DNA of 50,245 bases from an uncultured Selenomonadales bacterium (GTDB lineage: Bacteria > Bacillota > Negativicutes > Selenomonadales > Selenomonadaceae). A program made the translations under genes and the position numbers. Position 1 is the first letter of the stretch. Every line of letters begins with the position of its first letter. Shown here in pieces: positions 1 to 9,930 of the stretch. The notes beneath the pieces are model-generated. The model did no database searches. It was not told where the DNA came from and worked only from the letters and a program-made list of their open reading frames with translations. Where the stretch lies: positions 1-50,245 of the forward strand of contig CALGGV010000013.1 of NCBI GenBank assembly GCA_937915725.1, in the 5' to 3' direction.

Positions 1-578
1 AAAATCAAAAACAACTGGCGATATTTCGGCACGACCTGCGCCACAATTACCGGCTAATTTCGGCAATGGTTAAGGAGGGAAAATTTCAAGCGGCGATTGA
101 ACATATTCAACTGCAAAATGAACTTTTGGGTAAAACTGATGAATCAGATAAAATTTCGGCGAACTCCATTTTAAACGCGGTAATTTTAACTTATCAAGCA
201 AAGGCGCAAAATTTGGGAATTAAAGTATCAGTTGACGTTCAGGCGTTTGAAATTTCCAACGAAGGAGACTTTGCAATTTTACTTTCAAACTTATTTGACA
301 ACGCAATTTCGGCAAGCTTGAAACAACCCGCTGATTTAAGGGAAATTTTTTTATCAATCCGTCGCGCAGATTTTAAAATTTCATTTGAAATATCAAATCG
401 CTGTGAGGAAATTTTGGAACTAAATGAAAAAGGCTTGCCGGTATGGAAATACGGTACAGGAATGAAAACCTTGTTAAATTTTTTGGAAAAATATCAAGCG
501 CAGGTAAAATTTTTTCAAGCAGATGATTGGTTAAAAATTTCAGTCAGTTGGAAATTTGAAATTCCCGCCGCAAATTAA
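1..578 (+). CDS. Sensor histidine kinase, C-terminal part (5' end lies outside the window)
   Basis: The frame of ORF 66..578 stays open to the window edge and reads ...AIFRHDLRHNY, an H-box-like motif, upstream of the listed Met. Downstream NLFDNAISA (N-box) and YGTGMK (G-box-like) fit a GHKL ATPase of the AgrC/LytS-type kinases. Confidence 0.7.
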   Translation, partial: NQKQLAIFRHDLRHNYRLISAMVKEGKFQAAIEHIQLQNELLGKTDESDKISANSILNAVILTYQAKAQNLGIKVSVDVQAFEISNEGDFAILLSNLFDNAISASLKQPADLREIFLSIRRADFKISFEISNRCEEILELNEKGLPVWKYGTGMKTLLNFLEKYQAQVKFFQADDWLKISVSWKFEIPAAN

Positions 579-1105
579 CATTTGATTTAATTGCGTTTCA
601 GTATGAAGAAATGGTAACCGGCGTTATCAGTATTTCGACTTGAAAAAGAATACGAGAAACAATTAAACCTACAATACAACTACACACAGAAAATTATTTT
701 ACATTTACGCGCAGTCTCTATGGCTAAAAATATTTTCATCAAAGGCGATTTTAAAAAATTCCATTTGGAGTCAGACTTTATAACTTTTAAACAGCCAGTG
801 AAAAATTTTTATCATTCAAAGGTGCACCGTTAAGATTCAACAAATAAAAAAAATCTTTGACGAGAATTAATTCAAAGTTTTGATTGAGCAACTGCGGCAA
901 ATGGAAGACGTTGAAATTATTTTGCGGCAAGACAACGGAACTTTTTCCACGCCACGTTGAATATGCACTTTCATAGTTGGGAAAAATGACGCTGCCAGTT
1001 ATTCAATCGCTACATGAGTTCGGCGTTGAATACAAAAAATTTTTCTCCAAATAAAAAAAGACGCGCAACTTTTGCCACGCGCCGGAAAATTTTATTTGCG
1101 ATTCA

Positions 1106-1861
1106 CTAAGATTTTTTGATTAAGAAAATATCGCCCAATTCTCCACAATCAGCTGTGAAATTTTGAAATTCCCATAATTTTTCAAGCGGATATGTTATTG
1201 CCTTTGAAGTAGAAAGTGCCTCTTCAATCCAAATATAACTTTCATAGAGTTCGCTTAAAAGTTCCATCATTTTTTCGTAAAAACCGGATTTTTGCCATAG
1301 TTGAGGATTAAATTCCATAAAGATTGGCGCAGGATTTTTTCTTAAAATATTTTGTGCTCCAAGTAAAACTTGCGGCTCAAAACCTTCAGTATCAATCCAA
1401 ATATACTTTATATCTTCAGCATTTAAATTTTTTTCTTCAAAATATTTGTCCAGCGAAATAATTTTTACAGTTGCGGTTGATAAACCAGTATACCGTTTAT
1501 TAAGAGTATTTTCTTCAATTAAAGTATTCGCCCCCGGATTAGTAGCTGCCCTATACATTACCTGTTCGCTTTCTTCAATTCCGAGCCCGTAATTTTCAGC
1601 AATAGTTTTTTCTTCCAAATCGTTAAGAATTAAATTCAAGCGCAACATTTTAAAATTTTCGGCGTCCGGTTCAAAGGCAAGCAATTTTAAGTTCGGCGTC
1701 AATTTTTTCAAAAAATAAATTCCTGTCGTGCCGATATTTGCGCCCAAATCCAAAAACAAGCCGGAATTATTGTCAATTTGATAAAATGAATTCGCCATTT
1801 GGTAAAAAAGCCGCATATGAACTTGAGCAAAATTTTGGCGGGATTGATACATGAACCTCAT
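1106..1861 (-). CDS. FkbM-family SAM-dependent methyltransferase domain; probably the C-terminal part of a longer gene split at a poly-G tract
   Basis: LDLGANIGTTGIYF (SAM-binding motif) and IWIDTEGFEPQVLLGA are typical of the FkbM / Methyltransf_21 family. There is no Shine-Dalgarno sequence before the listed ATG. The frame stays open upstream to 1981, directly beside the G8 run. Confidence 0.75.
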   Translation of the reverse strand: MRFMYQSRQNFAQVHMRLFYQMANSFYQIDNNSGLFLDLGANIGTTGIYFLKKLTPNLKLLAFEPDAENFKMLRLNLILNDLEEKTIAENYGLGIEESEQVMYRAATNPGANTLIEENTLNKRYTGLSTATVKIISLDKYFEEKNLNAEDIKYIWIDTEGFEPQVLLGAQNILRKNPAPIFMEFNPQLWQKSGFYEKMMELLSELYESYIWIEEALSTSKAITYPLEKLWEFQNFTADCGELGDIFLIKKS

Positions 1862-1941
1862 AATTTCTATATCTGTTGAAGTGCCAATATAATTTAATCC
1901 TTCTGAAGTTGTGCAAGTAGTATAAGAATTTAACCGCTGCC

Positions 1942-2274
1942 CTAAAGCATAGTGAAAAAGGCGATGAATCTCTGCCCCCCCCTATTTTCCATATTGATTA
2001 GCTCAAAAACTGCGGTAGGGTGTATAATCCAACTTAGAGTATCCAGTGCGTAAATTACACGTTCATCTTTGATATTCAAGGAATGTAACATTGATTTAAA
2101 AAATGAACGTGAATCTTCCTCAAAAATCAAAAGATAGTCCCAATTTTTTTCAGTCAATAAATTTTTATCAGTTGTTGGGGTAAGTGTACCTACAATCTCA
2201 TAATTTTTTTTGATTGTATAATTATCAAGCCATTGTTGAGAAATTCCGGTATAATCGCAAATTAAAATTTTCAT
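1942..2274 (-). CDS. Hypothetical protein; probably the N-terminal part of the FkbM-family gene
   Basis: AGAGGTG RBS 9 nt after the argH stop. The ORF ends 33 nt after a G8 tract (coding strand); a +1 G change would fuse it in frame to 1106..1861. Confidence 0.6.
   Translation of the reverse strand: MKILICDYTGISQQWLDNYTIKKNYEIVGTLTPTTDKNLLTEKNWDYLLIFEEDSRSFFKSMLHSLNIKDERVIYALDTLSWIIHPTAVFELINMENRGGQRFIAFFTML
1975..1982 (-). repeat. Homopolymeric tract, C8 on the plus strand and G8 on the coding strand, at the junction of two ORF frames
   Basis: Counted directly: eight C at 1975-1982. G9 or G6 would join 2274..1984 to 1981..1106 as one ORF of about 389 aa. Confidence 0.9.
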
Positions 2275-2283
2275 TGTGCACCT

Positions 2284-3669
2284 CTATTCAACTTGATTAA
2301 TCCATTCTTTGGCAGATTGAATTTGCATTTTAACTTGTTCGGCTGAAGTGCCGCCTAAAGAATTTCTGTTATTTACGCAAGTTTCGGGCTTAATCGCCTC
2401 AAAAATATTTTCGTCAAATTCACTGCAGAAATTTTTAAATTCGTCAAGCGATAAATCTTTCAAGTAGCAATTTTTATCAATGCAATAATGAACAAGTTTA
2501 CCTGAAATTTCGTGCGCCTGTCTGAAAGGTACGCCCTTTTTAACAAGATAATCTGCTAAATCCGTAGCGTTTGAAAAATCTTCCTCAACTGCGCGACGCA
2601 TATTTTCAGCCTTGACTTTCATACCGTCAACAATCTGCGCGAAGACCGCCAAACTAAATTTAACCGTGTCTATTGCGTCAAAAAGCCCTTCCTTGTCTTC
2701 CTGTAAATCTTTGTTATAGGCAAGCGGCAACGCCTTAACCGTCGTCAACATTGCCATTAAGTGTCCGATAACACGCCCGGTTTTTCCGCGTACAAGTTCA
2801 GGTACATCGGGATTTTTCTTTTGCGGCATCATTGAAGAGCCCGTGCAGTGCGCGTCGTCCAACTCAATAAAATTAAATTCTCTGCTACACCACAAAATAA
2901 TTTCTTCGCTGAATCTTGAAAGGTGTACCATTAAAATTGACGCCGCCGCCAAAAATTCCAAAATATAATCCCTGTCGCTAACCGCGTCCAAACTGTTTAA
3001 ATAAATTGCGTCAAAATCCAATTCGTCGGCAACAAATTTTCTGTCAATAGGTAAAGTTGTACCGGCAAGCGCGCCCGCGCCGAGCGGCATAATATCTGCT
3101 CTGTCATAAACGCCGCAAAATCTGTCTGAATCACGTTGCAACATTTCAAAGTACGCCAGCAAGTGATGTGAAAACAAAATCGGCTGCGCCCGCTGTAAGT
3201 GAGTATAGCCGGGCATAATTACCTCAAGATTTTTTTCAGCCGCGTTGATTAAAGATTTTTGCAGGGAAATTATCAGCGTTTGAATTTCTGTAACCTGCCG
3301 CCTAACATATAAATGCATATCCAGTGCAACTTGATCGTTACGACTGCGCGCCGTATGTAAACGCCCGCCCGCGTCGCCAATTTCGTCTGTCAACGCCTTT
3401 TCAATATTCATATGAATATCTTCAAGTTCAGATTTAAATTCAAATTCGCCGGCTTTAATTTTGTCCTTGATTTTTTTCAAGCCGAAAATAATTTTTGCCG
3501 CGTCATCATTTGAAATAATTCCGCACTTTGCCAACATTTTTGCATGAGCGATGGAGCCGCGTATATCTTCGCGGTAAAGTCTTTTGTCGAAATTTATTGA
3601 CGCTTGAAAATCGTTAATCATTTCATCTGTAGATTTTTCAAAACGTCCGCCCCAAAGTTTTTCGCTAAT
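2284..3669 (-). CDS. argH: Argininosuccinate lyase
   Basis: Fumarate-lyase family signature [11 protein letters not shown], with full-length similarity to ArgH. The conserved N-terminus [13 protein letters not shown] lies upstream of the first ATG (3621). An AAGGAAGGG SD at 3679-3687 sits 9 nt before an ATT codon at 3669-3667, so I propose an ATT start. Confidence 0.9.
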   Translation of the reverse strand: MSEKLWGGRFEKSTDEMINDFQASINFDKRLYREDIRGSIAHAKMLAKCGIISNDDAAKIIFGLKKIKDKIKAGEFEFKSELEDIHMNIEKALTDEIGDAGGRLHTARSRNDQVALDMHLYVRRQVTEIQTLIISLQKSLINAAEKNLEVIMPGYTHLQRAQPILFSHHLLAYFEMLQRDSDRFCGVYDRADIMPLGAGALAGTTLPIDRKFVADELDFDAIYLNSLDAVSDRDYILEFLAAASILMVHLSRFSEEIILWCSREFNFIELDDAHCTGSSMMPQKKNPDVPELVRGKTGRVIGHLMAMLTTVKALPLAYNKDLQEDKEGLFDAIDTVKFSLAVFAQIVDGMKVKAENMRRAVEEDFSNATDLADYLVKKGVPFRQAHEISGKLVHYCIDKNCYLKDLSLDEFKNFCSEFDENIFEAIKPETCVNNRNSLGGTSAEQVKMQIQSAKEWINQVE

Positions 3670-3688
3670 TTTAATCAGCCCTTCCTTT

Positions 3689-3785
3689 ATAAGGATTAAG
3701 GACTAAGGATTAAGGACTAAGGATTAGGGATTTTTTTCTTAGCCCTTAACCCCTAGCCCTTAGCCCGTAATTCTTAGCCTTTATT
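3689..3785. repeat. Heptad-periodic imperfect palindrome between argG and argH
   Basis: The left arm is (YTAAGGA)n at 3689-3730, followed by a T7 loop. The right arm is the complement of (YTARGGG)n at 3738-3785. It overlaps the argG stop. Confidence 0.7.
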
Positions 3786-4973
3786 CACCAGCGCACGAAC
3801 TTTAAGCGGCAAGCCGAACAAATTAATAAAACCTGTAGCGTCAGCTTGATTGTAAACGTCGTCATGTTCAAAAGTTACAAATTCTTGACTGTACAAAGAG
3901 TGCGGAGACTTCGAGCCGGCAGAAATTATATTGCCTTTGTAAAGTTTAAGTTTAACTGTACCTGTAACAGTTTTTTGAGTTTCGTCGACAAACGCTGCCA
4001 ACGCCTCGCGCAGGGGAGCAAACCACATACCGTCATAAACCAATTCGCCGTATTTTACCGCTACATGTTGTTTGAAATGGAAAGTTGCTCTGTCAAGGCA
4101 AAGATATTCTAATTCTCTGTGTGCATAGTACAAAATGGAGCCTGCAGGATTTTCATAGACGCCGCGGCTTTTCATACCAACAAGGCGATTTTCGCAAATG
4201 TCAACAATTCCAATTCCATTTCTTGCGCCAATTTCGTTAAGCTCAGTAACAAGTGCAACAGAATCTTTTTTGACGCCGTTAATTGCAACCGGTACGCCCT
4301 GTTCAAAATCAACTGTAATTTCTTCCGGTTTATCGGGGGCGTCTTCCGGCGCAACTGAAATTAAAAACATTGAATTATTGGGGGCGTTCCAAGTGTCCTC
4401 AAGGTCGGAGCCTTCGTGCGAAAGGTGCCAAATATTTCTGTCCATACTGTATTTTTTGTTGTCGGTAGGAATTGGGATATTGTGAGCTTTTGCATATTCA
4501 ATTTCAGCCGTGCGGGAGTCTAAATCCCATTCACGCCACGGCGCAATAATTTTCAATTCGGGCGCAAGTGCTTTTACTGTCAATTCAAAACGAACTTGAT
4601 CGTTGCCTTTGCCGGTTGCTCCGTGTGCAATGGCGTCCGCGCCTTCCTGTTTGGCAATTTCAACCAATTTTTTTGCAATTATAGGGCGTGCAAAACTTGT
4701 ACCGAGCAAATATTTTTCTTCATAGACTGCGCCGGCTTTCAAAGTCGGGAAGATATAATTTTCAATAAAATCTTTGGTTAAATCTTCAATGAAAACTTTT
4801 GACGCGCCGCTTTTTAAAGCTTTATCGTGTACAACATTCAATTCGTCGCCCTGTCCGACGTCTGCGCAAACTGCAATAACTTCACAGCCGTAATTTTCTT
4901 TCAGCCACGGGATAATTACCGAAGTATCAAGCCCGCCGGAATATGCAAGTACAACTTTTTTAACTTTTTCCAT
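3774..4973 (-). CDS. argG: Argininosuccinate synthase
   Basis: [12 protein letters not shown]-binding motif and full-length ArgG-like sequence. The ATG at 4973 has a GGAAGGAAG SD 7 nt upstream; the earlier ATG at 4991 lies inside that SD. Confidence 0.92.
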   Translation of the reverse strand: MEKVKKVVLAYSGGLDTSVIIPWLKENYGCEVIAVCADVGQGDELNVVHDKALKSGASKVFIEDLTKDFIENYIFPTLKAGAVYEEKYLLGTSFARPIIAKKLVEIAKQEGADAIAHGATGKGNDQVRFELTVKALAPELKIIAPWREWDLDSRTAEIEYAKAHNIPIPTDNKKYSMDRNIWHLSHEGSDLEDTWNAPNNSMFLISVAPEDAPDKPEEITVDFEQGVPVAINGVKKDSVALVTELNEIGARNGIGIVDICENRLVGMKSRGVYENPAGSILYYAHRELEYLCLDRATFHFKQHVAVKYGELVYDGMWFAPLREALAAFVDETQKTVTGTVKLKLYKGNIISAGSKSPHSLYSQEFVTFEHDDVYNQADATGFINLFGLPLKVRALVNKG

Positions 4974-5044
4974 TTTTAAACTTCCTTCCAATTTACAATT
5001 AAATTAACTTTGCAAGTTTAGCAAAAAAAATATACGGCGTCAAA

Positions 5045-5205
5045 TTCTGCCTTGATTGTCAATGAAACAGAAAAAAGGCGCACAGGACGTGCGCCGCACT
5101 CCAGCACAGGATGTACCAAATTTTTTGAAAAAAATTAACTGCCGAATTATTTCTTCTAAAGAAAGAAAAACCGTAATTTTAAAATAAAATAAATTTAAAA
5201 CTTTA
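5045..5205 (-). repeat. MITE-like structured repeat, copy in reverse orientation (boundaries approximate)
   Basis: Contains the perfect hairpin GGCGCAC-aggac-GTGCGCC (5077-5095) and the ctttctttagaagaaata core in reverse complement (5148-5170), both shared with the copies at 10.1, 13.0, 32.8 and 38.3 kb. Confidence 0.5.
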
Positions 5206-5234
5206 ACAATAAGCGTCAAAAATTAGTTTTTATC

Positions 5235-5263
5235 TTGACTTGTCGTGGTAAAATATTTACAAT
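5235..5263 (+). promoter_or_regulatory. Sigma-70-type promoter candidate for the first MCP gene
   Basis: TTGACT (5235-5240), 17-nt spacer, TACAAT (5258-5263). Confidence 0.5.
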
Positions 5264-5358
5264 CTTTTTTGTATTTCGAGAGGCGGTGAATTTTTAATGT
5301 AATTGTAGTATAATTTCAAGCACTAAAATTTTTACCACAAGGGAAGGGGAAATATTGT

Positions 5359-7107
5359 ATGAATAATTTGAGTGTAAGTGCCAAATTGCTTGTTATCAAT
5401 GCAATAGCACTTATCGGCTTAGGAATTGTAGCTTTTATCGGCTACAACGGCGTTCAAAGCGCAAAGGCGGATATTGAGTTGATTTATAATCGATATTATA
5501 ACTCAATGTTTTATGTTTCAAGAGTTCGCTACAATATAAGATACGCGCAAGTTCAATCCACTTTAACACCAATGGTATTTGATGAAAAATTACTTGCCTC
5601 ACGCCGCGCAAAATACGATAAAGCTATAGCTGACGCTGAAGAATATATGGCAGCTTACGAAAAAAATATTGCGGCTGAACCAAATTTGGTAGCTGAACTT
5701 GAAGACGCTAAAGTAGATTGGCAAAAATTTAAAGACGGCAGCGCACATTTAATGCAAATGGCTCCGCCGCCTGCAGCCGCTACAGACAGAGAAATTATGG
5801 CTAACCACAGAAACGCCGCTATGGATTATTACGAAGAAAATTGTATGCCGTACGCAGTTTCAGCCAATGAAAAATTTTCTAAAGTACAAGATGGCGTCCG
5901 TGAACGTTCAGATACACGTTTTAATCAATCTATGGAAGATATTGCCGGTATCGTTATGAAATTCTTCGTTACTGTTGGTATTGTTATGGTTATAATTGTT
6001 GTTGTCAGCCGCTACATTTCCAACGGTATTACAAATCCGCTTGACAGAATGGTACAACTTTTCGGACTGCTTAAAAAAGGCGACTTCAGAAAGAGTGATT
6101 TAATAGATCCTAACCGCGGCGATGAATTTGGCGTAATGTCACAAGCTATTCGTGATATGCGTGAAACTATTGCTAACCTTTTGCAGAAAACCAGCCATTC
6201 TTCCGAGCAATTAGCGGCGTCTTCACAAGAACTTAACGCAAGTGCTAACCAAGCCTCTCAAGCCTCCGAGCAAGTTGCACAATCCGTTACAAAATCTGCC
6301 GGTGAAGTTGTCGAACAACAAAAAGACGTTGGCGATTCACTTGACGCTATTAATGCCGCTATGGTTTCAATAGACAATATCGGCAAAACTGCGGATAATG
6401 TTTCTTCACATGCTACAAAGGCTAACAATCAAGCTACCGTCGGAAATAAAGCAGTTGATGACGCGGTACAACAAATTATCAGCGTTGAAAAAATTGTTAA
6501 TGATTCTGCGGCAACTGTTGATAAACTCGGTAAACGTTCACAAGAAATTGGACAGATTGTTGAGGCTATTTCCGGAATTGCCGAACAAACAAACTTGCTT
6601 GCACTAAACGCGGCTATTGAGGCGGCGCGTGCAGGTGAACACGGGCGCGGCTTTGCTGTTGTTTCTGAAGAAGTTAGAAAACTTGCAGAAGAATCCCAAA
6701 ACGCGGCTCAACAAATTGCCTCGCTTATCGGCTCCATTCAAGCAGAAACTACAAATGCTGTTGACTCAATGCAAAAAGGCAATGCGGCAGTTAGAGCCGG
6801 TACTGAATCAGTAGAAAAACTGCGTGATACTTTTGAAGATATACGCGGGGCGACAGATAATGTTGCAGTTGAAGCGCGCAATATGGTTAAAGAACTTGAA
6901 GCTATTGCTAAAGCTACTGAAAAAATTCGTGACAATTCACAAGCAATTTCAGATAAAAGCGCGCACGTTTCAGGCGAAATGGAAAGTGTATCAGCGGCGG
7001 CAGAGCAACAATCTGCATCTGCGGAGGAAATTTCTTCTGCGTCTGATGAACTTTCAAGACTTGCACAAGATTTACAAAATTCTTTGCAGGCGTTCAAATA
7101 CGACTGA
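5359..7107 (+). CDS. Methyl-accepting chemotaxis protein (paralog 1)
   Basis: N-terminal TM helix, helical sensor region, second TM helix, HAMP domain, and the highly conserved signalling hairpin [36 protein letters not shown]. Confidence 0.9.
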   Translation: MNNLSVSAKLLVINAIALIGLGIVAFIGYNGVQSAKADIELIYNRYYNSMFYVSRVRYNIRYAQVQSTLTPMVFDEKLLASRRAKYDKAIADAEEYMAAYEKNIAAEPNLVAELEDAKVDWQKFKDGSAHLMQMAPPPAAATDREIMANHRNAAMDYYEENCMPYAVSANEKFSKVQDGVRERSDTRFNQSMEDIAGIVMKFFVTVGIVMVIIVVVSRYISNGITNPLDRMVQLFGLLKKGDFRKSDLIDPNRGDEFGVMSQAIRDMRETIANLLQKTSHSSEQLAASSQELNASANQASQASEQVAQSVTKSAGEVVEQQKDVGDSLDAINAAMVSIDNIGKTADNVSSHATKANNQATVGNKAVDDAVQQIISVEKIVNDSAATVDKLGKRSQEIGQIVEAISGIAEQTNLLALNAAIEAARAGEHGRGFAVVSEEVRKLAEESQNAAQQIASLIGSIQAETTNAVDSMQKGNAAVRAGTESVEKLRDTFEDIRGATDNVAVEARNMVKELEAIAKATEKIRDNSQAISDKSAHVSGEMESVSAAAEQQSASAEEISSASDELSRLAQDLQNSLQAFKYD

Positions 7108-7135
7108 CAAATTTTTTAACCGTAAAATTTTTAAG

Positions 7136-7166
7136 CGGCGAGGATTTTTACCTTGTCGATTTTTTG
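7136..7166 (+). terminator. Rho-independent terminator after MCP paralog 1
   Basis: Stem CGGCGAGG / CCTTGTCG (8 bp, two G-U pairs), 7-nt loop, then ATTTTTT. Confidence 0.6.
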
Positions 7167-7185
7167 GTGTACAAATTCCTTAACA

Positions 7186-7213
7186 TTGACAAAACAAGAT
7201 AAGATTTTATAAT
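7186..7213 (+). promoter_or_regulatory. Sigma-70-type promoter candidate for the second MCP gene
   Basis: TTGACA (7186-7191), 16-nt spacer, TATAAT (7208-7213). Confidence 0.55.
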
Positions 7214-7258
7214 TCTATTGTACATAAATAAATCCATCAAAGAAAGGGGAAATTTTAG

Positions 7259-9010
7259 ATGATGGATAATTTTTCGGTTACCATGAAATTAGTTATCCTA
7301 AACGTGGTAGCGGCTATTGGTATTATCATTATGGGATTTGTAGGGTATTTCGCTGTAAATACCGCCAAAGACCGGCTTGAGGTTATGTACAAAACCAACC
7401 TCAATTCAATTTATCACGTGGCGCGTTGCCGCTATTCTGTAAGATACGCGCAGGTTCAAATGTCCGTATTCCCGCTGTCTACTGACGTTGCGTTGGGCGA
7501 TTCACGCAAACAAAAATATGCGTCCGCAGTTAAAGACTTTGAAGACAATTTGGCAGAATACGAAAAAATTATTGCAGGCGATCAAGAATTAATAGCTGAC
7601 CTTGCCCCTGCAAAAGTCGAATGGGACGCCTTCAAAAAAGCCGGTGATCAATTAATGACAATGGCTCCGCCCCCCGAAGCTTTAACAGATCCTATGGCTT
7701 TGGCGGCACACAGAAATAACGCCATGCACTTTTATGAACAAAATGGTATTCCGCATGCTGTAGCTATCGGCGATATTTCCGGCGAAATGCTTAACAAAGT
7801 CCGTGAAAAAGCTGATTCAATGATGCAGGACAGCGTTGCAGCCGTTAATTCAATGGTTTTCAGAACTTTTGCAATTACCGCGGCAATGATTATCATACTG
7901 CTTCTTATCAGCTCCGTTGTTATGAAATCTGTTACAAATCCGCTTAAAAATATGGTTGAACTTTTCCATTTGCTTAGAAACGGCGACTTCAGAAAGAGTA
8001 GCCTTATTGACCCGAACCGCGGCGACGAATTTGGCACAATGTCACAAGCTATTCGTGATATGCGCGAAACTGTCAGCAAACTTATTCAAAAAACTGCAAA
8101 TTCTTCAGAACAATTAGCGGCGTCATCTGAAGAATTGACTGCAAGTGCTAACCAAGCCTCTCAAGCCTCCGAACAAGTTGCACAATCCGTTACAAAATCT
8201 GCAGGCGAAGTTGTCGAACAACAAAGAGACGTCGGCGATTCACTTGACGCTATTAACGCCGCTATGGTTTCAATCGACAATATCGGCAAAACTGCTGATA
8301 ATGTTTCTTCACATGCTACAAAGGCTAACAATCAAGCTACCGTCGGAAATAAAGCAGTTGATGACGCGGTACAACAAATTATCAGCGTTGAAAAAATTGT
8401 TAATGATTCTGCGGCAACTGTTGATAAACTCGGTAAACGTTCACAAGAAATTGGACAAATTGTTGAGGCTATTTCCGGAATTGCCGAACAAACAAACTTA
8501 CTTGCACTAAACGCGGCGATAGAGGCGGCGCGCGCAGGCGAACACGGGCGCGGCTTTGCTGTTGTTTCTGAAGAAGTTAGGAAACTTGCAGAAGAATCCC
8601 AAAACGCGGCTCAACAAATTGCCTCGCTTATCGGCTCCATTCAAGCAGAAACTACAAACGCGGTTGACTCAATGCAAAAAGGTAATGCGGCCGTTAGAGC
8701 CGGTACTGAATCAGTAGAAAAATTGCGTGATACTTTTGAAGATATACGCGGGGCGACAGATAATGTTGCAGTCGAGGCAAGAAATATGGTACGTGAACTT
8801 GACGCCATTGCTAAAGCTACAATGAAAATCCGTGATAATTCGCAGGCAATTTCAGATAAAAGTGCAAATGTTTCACAGGAAATGGAAAGTGTATCAGCGG
8901 CGGCGGAGCAACAATCTGCATCTGCGGAGGAAATTTCTTCTGCGTCTGATGAACTTTCAAGACTTGCACAAGATTTACAAAATTCTTTGCAGGCGTTCAA
9001 ATACGACTGA
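7259..9010 (+). CDS. Methyl-accepting chemotaxis protein (paralog 2)
   Basis: Same architecture as paralog 1. From the HAMP domain to the stop it is nearly identical to paralog 1 at the DNA level, while the N-terminal sensor region is diverged. Confidence 0.9.
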   Translation: MMDNFSVTMKLVILNVVAAIGIIIMGFVGYFAVNTAKDRLEVMYKTNLNSIYHVARCRYSVRYAQVQMSVFPLSTDVALGDSRKQKYASAVKDFEDNLAEYEKIIAGDQELIADLAPAKVEWDAFKKAGDQLMTMAPPPEALTDPMALAAHRNNAMHFYEQNGIPHAVAIGDISGEMLNKVREKADSMMQDSVAAVNSMVFRTFAITAAMIIILLLISSVVMKSVTNPLKNMVELFHLLRNGDFRKSSLIDPNRGDEFGTMSQAIRDMRETVSKLIQKTANSSEQLAASSEELTASANQASQASEQVAQSVTKSAGEVVEQQRDVGDSLDAINAAMVSIDNIGKTADNVSSHATKANNQATVGNKAVDDAVQQIISVEKIVNDSAATVDKLGKRSQEIGQIVEAISGIAEQTNLLALNAAIEAARAGEHGRGFAVVSEEVRKLAEESQNAAQQIASLIGSIQAETTNAVDSMQKGNAAVRAGTESVEKLRDTFEDIRGATDNVAVEARNMVRELDAIAKATMKIRDNSQAISDKSANVSQEMESVSAAAEQQSASAEEISSASDELSRLAQDLQNSLQAFKYD

Positions 9011-9039
9011 CAAATTTTTTAAAATTAAAATTTTTAAAT

Positions 9040-9071
9040 CGGCGGGGATTTTTACCCTGTCGATTTTTTTT
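9040..9071 (+). terminator. Rho-independent terminator after MCP paralog 2
   Basis: Stem CGGCGGGG / CCCTGTCG, 7-nt loop, then a T8 run. It is part of the duplicated segment. Confidence 0.65.
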
Positions 9072-9130
9072 GCAACAAAAAAACCGCCGCCAATTCCTGA
9101 CGACGGCAAATTTATTGTAAGATATAGAAA

Positions 9131-9646
9131 TTATTTAACATTGACAACAATTTCAGCTGCATTTTCGCCGACAATTTCTGCGCCGCTGTCGAGTAAAACT
9201 TGAGTAACTTTTTTGCTTAAATCGCCGCCCGCGCCGGTAATTGCAACTTTTGCGCCTTTAAGAGCCGCCGCGCTTGCCTCACTGAAAGAAATTTCATCGC
9301 CAACACGAATTTCCGGAATAGGTTTATCTTCGACGTGAACACTTCCAGCCAAAAGGTCGCCCTTGCCGCCGTCAAATTTAATAATCATGTGACCGAGCGT
9401 GCGAATATTGCTGTGAACGTCTTCGCCGACTTTGATAACTGCAAATTCTTTTCCTGCAACTTTGAGGACATCGCCGGCTTTAATTTCGCCGTCAAGTTTA
9501 TTGCCGCTGTGCAAAACAGAAAATTCACGGAGCTCCGGCAATACCATTGAATCATCAAACATAACCAGCATTTTTACAACGTTTAAGAATTTTGGAACGT
9601 CGCCGCCAATTCCTACAATTTTTGTACTGTAATATTTTTTCGACAT
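9131..9646 (-). CDS. PTS glucitol/sorbitol IIA-like domain protein with a 48-aa C-terminal tail
   Basis: The first 120 aa or so are collinear with SrlB as I recall it (IVGIGG..., LGHMIIKFDGG..., AGSVHV). The tail KGAKVAITGAGGDLSKKV resembles a Rossmann GxGxxG start. No other PTS genes are nearby. Confidence 0.6.
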   Translation of the reverse strand: MSKKYYSTKIVGIGGDVPKFLNVVKMLVMFDDSMVLPELREFSVLHSGNKLDGEIKAGDVLKVAGKEFAVIKVGEDVHSNIRTLGHMIIKFDGGKGDLLAGSVHVEDKPIPEIRVGDEISFSEASAAALKGAKVAITGAGGDLSKKVTQVLLDSGAEIVGENAAEIVVNVK

Positions 9647-9767
9647 TCAGAACCCTCCAATACTACAAATAAATCTAACTTTAAAGTTACATTCGGCAAG
9701 CCGTTAATTTATCCTGCCGACCTTTAAAAATTTTCTGTCAATTTTTTTTCGTGCAAATATTTTTTTC

Positions 9768-9796
9768 TTGACAATTTAAGATGTTGGTGTTATTAT
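9768..9796 (+). promoter_or_regulatory. Sigma-70-type promoter candidate for tRNA-Leu
   Basis: TTGACA (9768-9773), 17-nt spacer, TATTAT (9791-9796), 12 nt upstream of the mature tRNA 5' end. Confidence 0.6.
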
Positions 9797-9808
9797 TACC
9801 GCCGTAAT

Positions 9809-9895
9809 GCCGAAGTGGCGGAATTGGCAGACGCAGCAGACTCAAAATCTGCCGTAGGCAACTACGTGCCGGTTCGAGTCCGGCCTTCGGCACCA
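9809..9895 (+). tRNA. tRNA-Leu (anticodon CAA), CCA encoded
   Basis: Folded by hand: acceptor GCCGAAG/CTTCGGC; anticodon stem GCAGA/TCTGC with loop CTCAAAA; long variable arm CGTAG..CTACG; T-arm GCCGG-TTCGAGT-CCGGC; discriminator A plus CCA. Confidence 0.95.
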
Positions 9896-9930
9896 TTTTT
9901 TTTGCAATAAATTTTTAAGATATATTAAAG

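Noticed and set aside
579-1105. A 527-bp stretch with no ORF of 60 aa or more, downstream of the AgrC-like kinase. I looked for a decayed LytTR response regulator or another pseudogene
   Set aside because: Short translated fragments (for example FIKGDFKKFHLESDFITFKQPVKNFYHSKVHR) are suggestive at best. No frame gives a recognisable domain, so it is left unannotated.
3846-4781. Several 60-95-aa ORFs on the plus strand within the argG region
   Set aside because: They are antisense to a well-supported argG coding sequence, have low-complexity translations and have no RBS. They are typical shadow ORFs.
5010-5027. Imperfect palindrome TTTGCAAGTTTAGCAAA upstream of argG as a possible ArgR/AhrC operator
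   Set aside because: Only 6 of 8 arm positions are complementary, and it does not match the ARG-box consensus as I remember it. This cannot be supported from sequence alone.
6398-9203. ORFs nested in or antisense to the two MCP genes (6398.., 6617.., 6738.., 6824.., 7732.., 8145.., 8641.., 8832..)
   Set aside because: They appear as identical pairs only because the underlying MCP DNA is duplicated. They lack start signals and overlap the strongly supported MCP frames.
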